This document shows positions 30,464 to 37,766 of a stretch of DNA of 64,000 nt, in pieces. A model generated the notes under the pieces. The model did no database searches, was not told the DNA's origin, and worked only from the letters and a program-made list of their open reading frames with translations. The position numbers and the translations under genes were made by a program. Origin of the DNA: an uncultured Bacilli bacterium (lineage in GTDB: Bacteria; Bacillota_I; Bacilli_A; RF39; UBA660); contig CALVXO010000002.1 in NCBI GenBank assembly GCA_944371325.1, forward strand, positions 42,081 to 106,080, given 5' to 3'. How positions within the stretch are numbered: position 1 is the first letter of the stretch; every line of letters begins with the position of its first letter.

Positions 30464-32380
30464 CTAAAATTCTACGTAATTATTTGTTTTATACAATTTA
30501 CCATCAATTTTAATAAATATATTATATCTTCCTTTTAAGCCTTCACTATTGATATATTTATTAGTGTTTAAACCTGATTCATCTTCTTTTTCATTAAAGA
30601 TATCCACACACATTGCCGTATATGGTTTTGTACTTATACGCCAATTATATGTATAAGTAACTAAGTTTTGATATAAAATTATTTCAACATTAGTTCCTCT
30701 TTTAAATGTTCCATTAACCACTAATCTATCATACTCTTTAGTAAATGTTATATTGTGAGATTTATATTCATCATCAATATTGTTAGCATTTAATATTAAA
30801 GACATATTTTTTTCTACTTCAGTTTTTCCTAAACTACCTAAAACATTAGCATCTTTTATCTCATAACTTCCACTATATAATTCCATTTTTTCAACACGAT
30901 AATTATTAGTTGGTAATTCTATTTCAAATATAATTTCATCATCTAATAATTCTGTAGTTATACTTTTTAATGTATCAGAACCTGCTAATCCTGCTGGTTG
31001 ATTTTGAACTACACCATCTTTATATGATATTCCACCAGAATGAACTATATAATGATTAGAATCAATATAATCAACATCTGATATATATGGTGAATAATAA
31101 GAACTTCCTCTTTCTTTACCATATTGCCATACTTGTTCTATAGTCATATTGTTAGTATCTATTTTATACATAACTCCTCTTGAGTAACTATCAGTAGCAT
31201 GTATATATTCTTCTTTTATTTTTGATTTATTATTACCATTATCAAATATAAATACATATCCTTCTGGTGTTATCATTGCAGCATGTTGACTCCATTGCCA
31301 TTCAAAATCACCGATTGGAGTAAAGAAATATTTTTGATATTCACTACTCCAATTAGTTGGATCTCCTATTATCCAATTTAATTTTCCTGTATCATAATCA
31401 ATATTTATTACAGCATCTTGATGTCTTCCAGATAATGTTATAGAATTAGTGCTTTTATCATACCAAACAGAATTATTATGAAACCAATCATAATCTGTCC
31501 AATTTTCTGATTTACCATCATTAACATTCAATATATCTTTTAAATTAAATGTTTTTACTATATCACCTGTTTTTCTATCTAATTCGACAACATAATCTTC
31601 GACTGTACCATCGACAAAATTATCAGATGCAACTAATAAATTGCCATTTTCTAATTCAAAATAATCGTGATGATAGCCACCTTCTAATTTAAATTCAGTA
31701 TATATTTTTCCTAATAGATTCATCTCATATAGACCTGTTGTGTAATATGGTGGATTAACTAATCTTTCTGTACTTATTAATAAATTACCATTTTCTAGTC
31801 TATTAATATTCCAAGTAAAACTTTCAGTTAAATACCACCTTACATCACCATTAACATCATAAGCACATACATAACCTTTACTAGAAGGTGAAAAGAAATA
31901 TAACTCGTTATCTAATTTAGATTTATCTGATTTTACATTAGTAGGTAAAATAAAATCATCAGGTAATTTATCTGTCTTTATATATATTGTTTTAGATACA
32001 TCACCATATTTTATAGTTATTTCATTATTATAATCTGGATATAAACCATATATAGATAAATAATGAACAGTATTGGATTCAAAAGTATTAGTGAAAGTTG
32101 TATTTTCATCTTTACCATTAATAATAACTGTAGGCTCTACTACTTCTTCTGTTTCAAAAATAACCAAAGCAGTCAAAGGTGAAATTTCATAAGGATTTAA
32201 AATAACATTAGGGTTTTCAATAGTATATCCACTACTTTCAAAATTATCTTCTAATTTTTCTTGTTTCATAACTAAGCTTTCTTCATTTATTACCAATTCT
32301 TCGCATTTGATTGAATAATAATAAACTATACTTAAAAATATTAATATTATAATTGGAATCATCAAAATTACTTTTTTCAT
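30464..32380 (-). CDS. Arylsulfotransferase (ASST) family beta-propeller protein, membrane-anchored
   Basis: GGYHHDYFELENGN, DWFHNNSVWYDKSTNSITLSGRHQDAVINIDYDTGKLNWIIGDP and QWSQHAAMITPEGYVFIFDNGNN match ASST family signatures. N-terminal TM. Start set at the ATG after AGGTGA. Confidence 0.7.
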   Translation of the reverse strand: MKKVILMIPIIILIFLSIVYYYSIKCEELVINEESLVMKQEKLEDNFESSGYTIENPNVILNPYEISPLTALVIFETEEVVEPTVIINGKDENTTFTNTFESNTVHYLSIYGLYPDYNNEITIKYGDVSKTIYIKTDKLPDDFILPTNVKSDKSKLDNELYFFSPSSKGYVCAYDVNGDVRWYLTESFTWNINRLENGNLLISTERLVNPPYYTTGLYEMNLLGKIYTEFKLEGGYHHDYFELENGNLLVASDNFVDGTVEDYVVELDRKTGDIVKTFNLKDILNVNDGKSENWTDYDWFHNNSVWYDKSTNSITLSGRHQDAVINIDYDTGKLNWIIGDPTNWSSEYQKYFFTPIGDFEWQWSQHAAMITPEGYVFIFDNGNNKSKIKEEYIHATDSYSRGVMYKIDTNNMTIEQVWQYGKERGSSYYSPYISDVDYIDSNHYIVHSGGISYKDGVVQNQPAGLAGSDTLKSITTELLDDEIIFEIELPTNNYRVEKMELYSGSYEIKDANVLGSLGKTEVEKNMSLILNANNIDDEYKSHNITFTKEYDRLVVNGTFKRGTNVEIILYQNLVTYTYNWRISTKPYTAMCVDIFNEKEDESGLNTNKYINSEGLKGRYNIFIKIDGKLYKTNNYVEF

Positions 32381-32447
32381 TCTATCACCTACAAATATTA
32401 TAGCACAAAAAAACACTGATAAATTATCAATGTTAAATTTCTTTAAA

Positions 32448-32538
32448 TGGCGGAGTAGAAAGGATTTGAACCTTCGCGCCGGTTACCCGACCTACACCCT
32501 TAGCAGGGGCGCCTCTTCAGCCTCTTGAGTACTACTCC
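32448..32538 (-). tRNA. tRNA-Ser (anticodon GCU), CCA encoded
   Basis: Folded by hand. Acceptor GGAGTAG/CTACTCC; anticodon stem CGCCC/GGGTG with loop CTGCTAA; long variable arm; T-arm GAAGG-TTCAAAT-CCTTT; 3' GCCA. Promoter TTGCTT (32585-32580), 17-nt spacer, TACAAT (32562-32557). Confidence 0.93.
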
Positions 32539-32641
32539 AAAAAACGCTACATATAAATTGTACTATAAAAATTATAATAAAGCAAGTTTTTAATTAAAAT
32601 TTTTTAATTATTATTAAAAATATTGTTAAAAAAATTAAAAT

Positions 32642-33109
32642 ATGTTGTATAATATTTATCTGAAAGAAGTGATATATACGAAATACATTGATATCAATCC
32701 AAAAATAAAAATATTATTAGAACAAGAAAAAATGAATTTTGTTAACTCAAGTAATAAATACCCAAATGCATTCTTTTCTGCTAACAAGGAATATAATTGC
32801 TATATCATAACTGCACCATGGGAATGTGAAGCTATGCAAATAGTTGGCGAATTTAATAGAGAACCAGGTTTAAAAAATCTAACTAATATTTATGCTGTTG
32901 TGGGAGACCAAACATTAGATGTTGAAAAAAGAGTTTTTTTAAATTTAATTAACAATTCTTTTTATTTAGGACTTAATGATCAAGAATATTTAAAAGCAAT
33001 TTATAACAGATTGTTAGTAAGTAACAATAATCCGGATTATAGTGATTATATAAATTATTGTAAAAAAATGAAGCCAATGAAAAGACACAATAGAATAAAA
33101 ATTCATTAA
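32642..33109 (+). CDS. Hypothetical protein
   Basis: 155-aa ORF from the track, followed by the bidirectional hairpin AAAAACAATTC...GAATTGTTTTT. No motif recognised, and the start codon is uncertain (a TATAAT-like box overlaps the first codons). Confidence 0.4.
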   Translation: MLYNIYLKEVIYTKYIDINPKIKILLEQEKMNFVNSSNKYPNAFFSANKEYNCYIITAPWECEAMQIVGEFNREPGLKNLTNIYAVVGDQTLDVEKRVFLNLINNSFYLGLNDQEYLKAIYNRLLVSNNNPDYSDYINYCKKMKPMKRHNRIKIH

Positions 33110-33139
33110 AAAACAATTCAATAAACTAGAATTGTTTTT

Positions 33140-33490
33140 TTAGTCTTTTGGTTTAAATATTAAGGAAAATAAAAATGAAAACACAATAGCTGCCGTAATA
33201 CCAGATGCAGTTAAATTAAACATACCACTCATAAGTCCCATCATACCTATATCAACACTTGATACCATTGCTCCATGAATAAGTAAATGTCCAAAACTAG
33301 TAATAGGTACACATGCTCCACTACCAGCCCATAGTATGATTTTATCATATATATTAAATACATCTAAAAAACAACCTAATACAACAAATATGGTAGTTAT
33401 ATGTCCTGGAGTTAATTTAGTATTATCTAATATTAATTGTCCAATTAAACATACAATTCCACAAAACAAAAATGAATTTATATAAATCAT
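33140..33490 (-). CDS. spoVAE: Stage V sporulation protein AE (SpoVAEB-type)
   Basis: 116-aa, 4-TM protein. Sequence (GHITTIFVVLG...GACVPITSFGH...) and position after spoVAD support the call. Confidence 0.85.
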   Translation of the reverse strand: MIYINSFLFCGIVCLIGQLILDNTKLTPGHITTIFVVLGCFLDVFNIYDKIILWAGSGACVPITSFGHLLIHGAMVSSVDIGMMGLMSGMFNLTASGITAAIVFSFLFSLIFKPKD

Positions 33491-34476
33491 TCTATCACCT
33501 CCATACTTAGTGCATGAGCTATACTTGGTATTGTGCTTTTATTATTAACCATCGTAGTATTCATTAAAGCTCCAGTTGCAACTAATAAAACTCTTTTTAT
33601 TTCTTTCTTATACATTTTATCAAATATATATCCATAAGTAACTAAAGGTGCACAAGCAGGTCCACTTGCTCCAGCATATACAGGTTGATTATCTATATCA
33701 TATATTATACAACCACAATCATCGTAGTTTTTTAATTCTATATTATATTCTGTCATCATATAATCTTTTAAGATATCTTTACCATATCTACCTAAATCAC
33801 CAGTCAAAATTAAATCATAATAACCTACTTCCCTTTTTGTTTCTCTTAAATGATCAAATATTACTTTGGCTGCAGCTGGAGCCATTACTGCTCCCATATG
33901 ATATACATCAGTTACTCCTAAATCAACTACTGTTCCTAGTGTAGCGCTTTCTATTTTTATTCCTACTTTATTACTAGATAAATAAGCTGAAGCCCCACCA
34001 GTTGATGTAAATGTAGTTGTTTTTCTTTTGGGTCCACCATATTCAACGGGATATCTAAATTGTTTTTCAGCCGCATTATTATGAGATGATGTTGAGGTTA
34101 TTGCATTTTTTATTTGTTTAGCTTCAATCATATTAGATGCGATAATTAAACCTAAAACACTAGTTGAACAAGCTCCATATATTCCAATTAATGGAATACC
34201 TAAACTAGATGCTGCATAATTAGTAGCAACTATTTGATTTAACAAATCACCTGATACTAACACATCAATGTCAAATTTAGTCTTACCTACTTTATTTAAT
34301 AAAATATCTATCGATTCTTCAATTAGTTTTATTTCTGCTAATTCCCATGTCTTTGTATTAAAATATAAATCATTATAACTCTTATCAAAATATTTAGATA
34401 AAGGCCCTTTTGCTTCATAAGGCCCGGTTATAGTAGCAGTATCATTAATATAAACATTATTATATTTAAAAGTCAT
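33487..34476 (-). CDS. spoVAD: Stage V sporulation protein AD
   Basis: 329 aa with a thiolase-like fold (GIYGACSTS...). It lies between spoVAC and spoVAE. Confidence 0.88.
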   Translation of the reverse strand: MTFKYNNVYINDTATITGPYEAKGPLSKYFDKSYNDLYFNTKTWELAEIKLIEESIDILLNKVGKTKFDIDVLVSGDLLNQIVATNYAASSLGIPLIGIYGACSTSVLGLIIASNMIEAKQIKNAITSTSSHNNAAEKQFRYPVEYGGPKRKTTTFTSTGGASAYLSSNKVGIKIESATLGTVVDLGVTDVYHMGAVMAPAAAKVIFDHLRETKREVGYYDLILTGDLGRYGKDILKDYMMTEYNIELKNYDDCGCIIYDIDNQPVYAGASGPACAPLVTYGYIFDKMYKKEIKRVLLVATGALMNTTMVNNKSTIPSIAHALSMEVIE

Positions 34477-34478
34477 TT

Positions 34479-34916
34479 TTAGCCTCCAATTATCAATCTT
34501 AAAAATCCAAAAATATATGCACTTACAACACCGAACACGATTACCGAACCTGCTAATTTAAACATATTAGCACCTATACCGGTTACAAAACCTTCTTTGC
34601 GATATTCTAAAGTAGCACTCATCATAGCATGAGCAAAACCTGTAATAGGGATAATTAATCCACATCTAGCAAAATGAACTAGTTTATCAAAGAAACCTAA
34701 ACAAGTAAGTAAGCATCCTAAAAATACTAAAGTTACAATCATTAATGTAGCTCCATCGCTAGTAGAAATATTAAATATATAGGAATAAAAATCTGTCAAA
34801 AATTGGCCTAACAATCCCATAAGCCCACCAATTATAAAAGCGATTAATGCATTACTTAAAACATTTTCTTTAGGTGTATATTTTGCTACTAATCTTTTAT
34901 ATTTATTTTCTTCCAT
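34479..34916 (-). CDS. spoVAC: Stage V sporulation protein AC
   Basis: YTPKENVLSNALIAFIIGGLMGLLGQ...IPITGFAH... is typical of SpoVAC. Start set at the ATG after TAGGAGGA; the track start 34982 would lie inside the sigF terminator. Confidence 0.88.
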   Translation of the reverse strand: MEENKYKRLVAKYTPKENVLSNALIAFIIGGLMGLLGQFLTDFYSYIFNISTSDGATLMIVTLVFLGCLLTCLGFFDKLVHFARCGLIIPITGFAHAMMSATLEYRKEGFVTGIGANMFKLAGSVIVFGVVSAYIFGFLRLIIGG

Positions 34917-34933
34917 AAAATTCCTCCTAAGGT

Positions 34934-34962
34934 TATTATGTAAAAATATACTTTTTTTATAC
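34934..34962 (-). promoter_or_regulatory. Forespore-type (sigma-G/F-like) promoter candidate for spoVAC-AD-AE
   Basis: Minus strand: GTATA (34962-34958), 17-nt spacer, CATAATA (34940-34934). Compare sigma-G GHATR-N17/18-CATXHTA. spoVA is sigma-G dependent in B. subtilis. Confidence 0.5.
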
Positions 34963-34988
34963 AAAAAAACTAGTTTATGCAACTAGTT
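34963..34988 (-). terminator. Terminator overlapping the sigF stop codon
   Basis: Minus strand: AACTAGTT-gcata-AACTAGTT followed by TTTTT. Confidence 0.55.
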
Positions 34989-35622
34989 TCGATTTTAATT
35001 TGGTTAATATTTTTTGTTCTCCTCGTGACACTTGGACTTGACTTATACCTAATTTCTTTGCTGTTTGCTGCTGTGTTAAATCATCCATATAACGTTTACT
35101 AATTAATTCTTGTTCAAAAGGATTAAGTTTAGATAATTCCTCTTTTAAAAGTAATAAATCATCAATATTATCGATTTTCCCTATTGTATCTTGTAAAGTC
35201 AATTCTTTTCCTTCATCATTTAATGGTTCGTCAATACTATAAACGGGTTTACTACTATTTATCGCTTCTTCAATCATATGAACAGGTATTTCTAAAAAAT
35301 CTGATAACTCTAAAATTGTTGGAGTTCTCATTAATTTTTGCGTTAATAAAATATTAGCTTTTTCTATTTTTAAATTAAGTAATTGAATACTTCTACTAAC
35401 TTTCATAGTTTTATCTTCTCGAACTAATTTCTTCATTTCTCCTAAAATATATGGATAAGCATAAGTTGTAAATTTAACATTCATATCAGAATTATAATTT
35501 TTATAAGCCATAATCATACCAATACAACCTGCTTGAAATAAATCTTCTTTATTTGAATATTTTTCAAAATATCTTGTAATTGAATAAATCAAATTTTTAT
35601 TTTCTAATATTAGTTCTTCCAT
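34975..35622 (-). CDS. sigF: Sporulation sigma factor, SigF-like (group 3 sigma-70)
   Basis: DLFQAGCIGMIMA, FTTYAYPYILGEMKKLVREDKTMKVSRS and LGISQVQVSRGEQKIL parallel B. subtilis SigF (DLFQIGCIGLLKS, FSTYAVPMIIGEIQRFIRDDGTVKVSRS, LGISQVQVSRLEKKIL). It lies between a STAS gene and the spoVA genes. Confidence 0.75.
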   Translation of the reverse strand: MEELILENKNLIYSITRYFEKYSNKEDLFQAGCIGMIMAYKNYNSDMNVKFTTYAYPYILGEMKKLVREDKTMKVSRSIQLLNLKIEKANILLTQKLMRTPTILELSDFLEIPVHMIEEAINSSKPVYSIDEPLNDEGKELTLQDTIGKIDNIDDLLLLKEELSKLNPFEQELISKRYMDDLTQQQTAKKLGISQVQVSRGEQKILTKLKSKLVA

Positions 35623-35631
35623 TTTGTCCTC

Positions 35632-35994
35632 CTATAAATTAATTACATTTACCGCACTTAATTCATCAGACGTTTCATACATATATTTTAATAATCTACT
35701 ATTATTTATTCTATGCTTAACTAAATTATTATTTATACCACATACTAAACTTTTTCCATTATTGTTTTTACACAATTCATAGTTATTAAGTAATGCATTT
35801 ATACCATAACAATCAATGGATTCTAATTCACTTATATTAAAAACTAAATTTCTAATACCAATTTCTTCAACTAAATTATTTACCTCTTCTTTTAATTTAT
35901 CCACAGTATTTTTATTAAGAACTCCTTTTAATCTAATAAATAAAATTCCTTTACAAAATTCTAAATTAATATCTAACAAGCTATCACCTTCCAT
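35632..35994 (-). CDS. spoIIAA: STAS-domain anti-sigma-factor antagonist (SpoIIAA-like), lacking the conserved phospho-Ser
   Basis: ILFIRLKGVLNKNTVDKLKEEV...RNLVFNISELESIDCYGINALL has the STAS pattern, with DCYG where SpoIIAA has DSSG. The true start may be TTG at 35979, after GAAGGTGA. Confidence 0.6.
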   Translation of the reverse strand: MEGDSLLDINLEFCKGILFIRLKGVLNKNTVDKLKEEVNNLVEEIGIRNLVFNISELESIDCYGINALLNNYELCKNNNGKSLVCGINNNLVKHRINNSRLLKYMYETSDELSAVNVINL

Positions 35995-36029
35995 AATAAT
36001 TTAGCACAACTTTTTTTAAATTTATACAC

Positions 36030-36040
36030 ATTCGACAAAA
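36030..36040 (-). promoter_or_regulatory. Spo0A-box (TTTTGTCGAAT) upstream of the spoIIAA-sigF operon
   Basis: The minus strand reads TTTTGTCGAAT, containing the 0A-box core TGTCGAA, about 40 nt upstream of the spoIIAA start. The GAAT could also act as a sigma-H -10, but no AGGA -35 is present. Confidence 0.55.
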
Positions 36041-36046
36041 CTAGAC

Positions 36047-37639
36047 TTATTTTTTATTAGAATGTTTACCAATTAAAAAACTTAAACAAAGAAGTAATAG
36101 TAAAATTATTAATATTATTTTATTATCTAAAGAACCTATTTTAAGCATAAACTTTGGAACTTCAATATCATTTTGATCTTTATAACTATTTAATTGATTT
36201 ATTAAACTATCTTTTTCTTTAGTAATATTTTCAATTCCATTATTTAATCTTTTAATATCATCCTCTAATTCTTTTATTTTATTCAAGTATTGATCATTTA
36301 AATTTTTTAGACTATTTATTTCTTTTTGATACTTTAATATATCTTCATTTAAACTAGACAATTGTTTTTCATATTGTTTACTTTGATTTTCTATATCAAA
36401 GCATTCATTATTACAATTACTTAATTGTTCTTCTAACTCTTTTATTTTATTATCATACTCATTTTTTAGATTTTCTAATTGTTTTTTTAGTTCTTCTATT
36501 GTGTTACTTTCAACATTTAAAACTACATTTTCATCTACTTTTAAATCATTTACTTGAAAAGACACTTTATAAGTACCATTTTTATTCCAATCAATATTAT
36601 TATTAATTTTAACCTCATCACTACTAGATATAACAAAATTATTTAAATCAAAATTCTTATCTGTTATTTCTTTTATATCTAGTTCTAATTTATCTCTTTT
36701 TCGATAACTATAAAAATATTTTAAACTATCATCTATTTTATTAATATAATCATCAACTGGTTCTTTTGAATAATCAGAATACTCTTGAACTGTTTCATAT
36801 ACTTTGCACCATTTTTCTTGATATCTATATTCAGTAACGTTTTCTTTTTTAACAACAAAATCATTATTTCTAAGTCCTGTTGATGATTCTTTATACTGCC
36901 AAATACTAGTATTTATTTCATCAGAATTATGAACTCTTTTAACTGAATTTACCCAATTCTCATCAGAAAACTTTAATTTGTATTGTTTAGAATATATTAA
37001 GTTTTTTTTATCAGTTGAATAACCAATTGTATATAATTTATCAGTATCACCTAAATCAAATATATAAAAAACAGTTTCAACTAAATGAATTGGATATTCT
37101 TTACCTAAATCAATTATTAAAGATCCGCCATTAGATATATAAGATTTATTTTCTTCATAAATTCCATTATGGATATAATCATCAAAATCACCAAAGCATC
37201 CTTCACAAGTATAAGTGTAATTTATTGATTTATTTTTATATTTTATATCTAACTCAGTTATTCTAAATGAACCATAACTACCTTGTAAATCAAACAAATG
37301 AATATACCGAATTCCCTTTGCCATCGTGTAATTGTATTTTGTTCTTGAATCATAAACATAACCAACATTATCAATTTTTTGATTAGACCAATCTGTATAA
37401 TCAGTTAAATAACAATCATTACTAAACTTATCAACTTCATTATATAATTTGTAATCACCTAAGATTTCTTTATCTTTATACCATAGATATCTTTCTTCTT
37501 TAATTACATCAATAGTATCACTAGAAAGTACTTCTTCTTCTTGAAATGGACTATAATCTGAATAATCAGAATAATACACTTTAGCATCTACTTTATTGAT
37601 AATTAAAACTAAAAATATTAACCATAAAATCTTTTTCAT
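36047..37639 (-). CDS. Secreted, C-terminally anchored protein with Tyr/Trp repeats, an Ig-like segment and a coiled coil
   Basis: Signal peptide MKKILWLIFLVLIINKVDA. Motifs YYSDYSDYSPFQEE, ERYLWYKDKE, YTDWSNQK, TEYRYQEKWCKVYE, EYSDYSKEPVDDY and YFYSYRKRDK. About 110 aa of heptad-rich coiled coil. C-terminal TM IILIILLLLLCLSFLIGKHSNKK. Confidence 0.6.
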   Translation of the reverse strand: MKKILWLIFLVLIINKVDAKVYYSDYSDYSPFQEEEVLSSDTIDVIKEERYLWYKDKEILGDYKLYNEVDKFSNDCYLTDYTDWSNQKIDNVGYVYDSRTKYNYTMAKGIRYIHLFDLQGSYGSFRITELDIKYKNKSINYTYTCEGCFGDFDDYIHNGIYEENKSYISNGGSLIIDLGKEYPIHLVETVFYIFDLGDTDKLYTIGYSTDKKNLIYSKQYKLKFSDENWVNSVKRVHNSDEINTSIWQYKESSTGLRNNDFVVKKENVTEYRYQEKWCKVYETVQEYSDYSKEPVDDYINKIDDSLKYFYSYRKRDKLELDIKEITDKNFDLNNFVISSSDEVKINNNIDWNKNGTYKVSFQVNDLKVDENVVLNVESNTIEELKKQLENLKNEYDNKIKELEEQLSNCNNECFDIENQSKQYEKQLSSLNEDILKYQKEINSLKNLNDQYLNKIKELEDDIKRLNNGIENITKEKDSLINQLNSYKDQNDIEVPKFMLKIGSLDNKIILIILLLLLCLSFLIGKHSNKK

Positions 37640-37659
37640 TAAATCACCTCCTACTAGTT

Positions 37660-37689
37660 ATATTCGACAAAAGTTTATCAAAATCCTTC
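37660..37689 (-). promoter_or_regulatory. Full-consensus sigma-H-type promoter containing a Spo0A-box
   Basis: Minus strand: GAAGGATTT (37689-37681), 12-nt spacer, GTCGAATAT (37668-37660). This matches RnAGGAwWW-N11/12-RnnGAATww at every specified position. TGTCGAA is embedded, and AGGAGGTGA plus ATG follow about 10 nt downstream. Confidence 0.6.
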
Positions 37690-37703
37690 TTATAAAACTT
37701 TTT

Positions 37704-37732
37704 TTGACAAATATTCATAAAAAATGTATAAT
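37704..37732 (+). promoter_or_regulatory. Consensus sigma-A promoter for rnj
   Basis: TTGACA (37704-37709), 17-nt spacer, TATAAT (37727-37732), with TG immediately upstream of the -10. Confidence 0.75.
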
Positions 37733-37766
37733 TATGTAGTCAAATTCTAAAGAAAGGAGGAAAAAA

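Noticed and set aside
31570-31590. Fourth TTCGACA (0A-box core) occurrence
   Set aside because: It lies inside the ASST coding region, has different flanks (ATTCGACAAC), and there is no nearby promoter. It is most likely coincidental.
33648-33944. 98-aa plus-strand ORF inside spoVAD. The same applies to other internal antisense ORFs at 7587-7781, 11086-11337, 13456-13650, 17934-18137, 20411-20635, 35816-36004, 38400-38627, 38846-39112, 40630-40839, 45353-45589, 46874-47056, 49073-49315, 50276-50491, 56113-56325, 61583-61780 and 62474-62731.
   Set aside because: All lie wholly within strongly supported genes on the opposite strand or in another frame. They lack Shine-Dalgarno sequences and translate to low-complexity Leu/Ile/Phe/Asn-rich strings.
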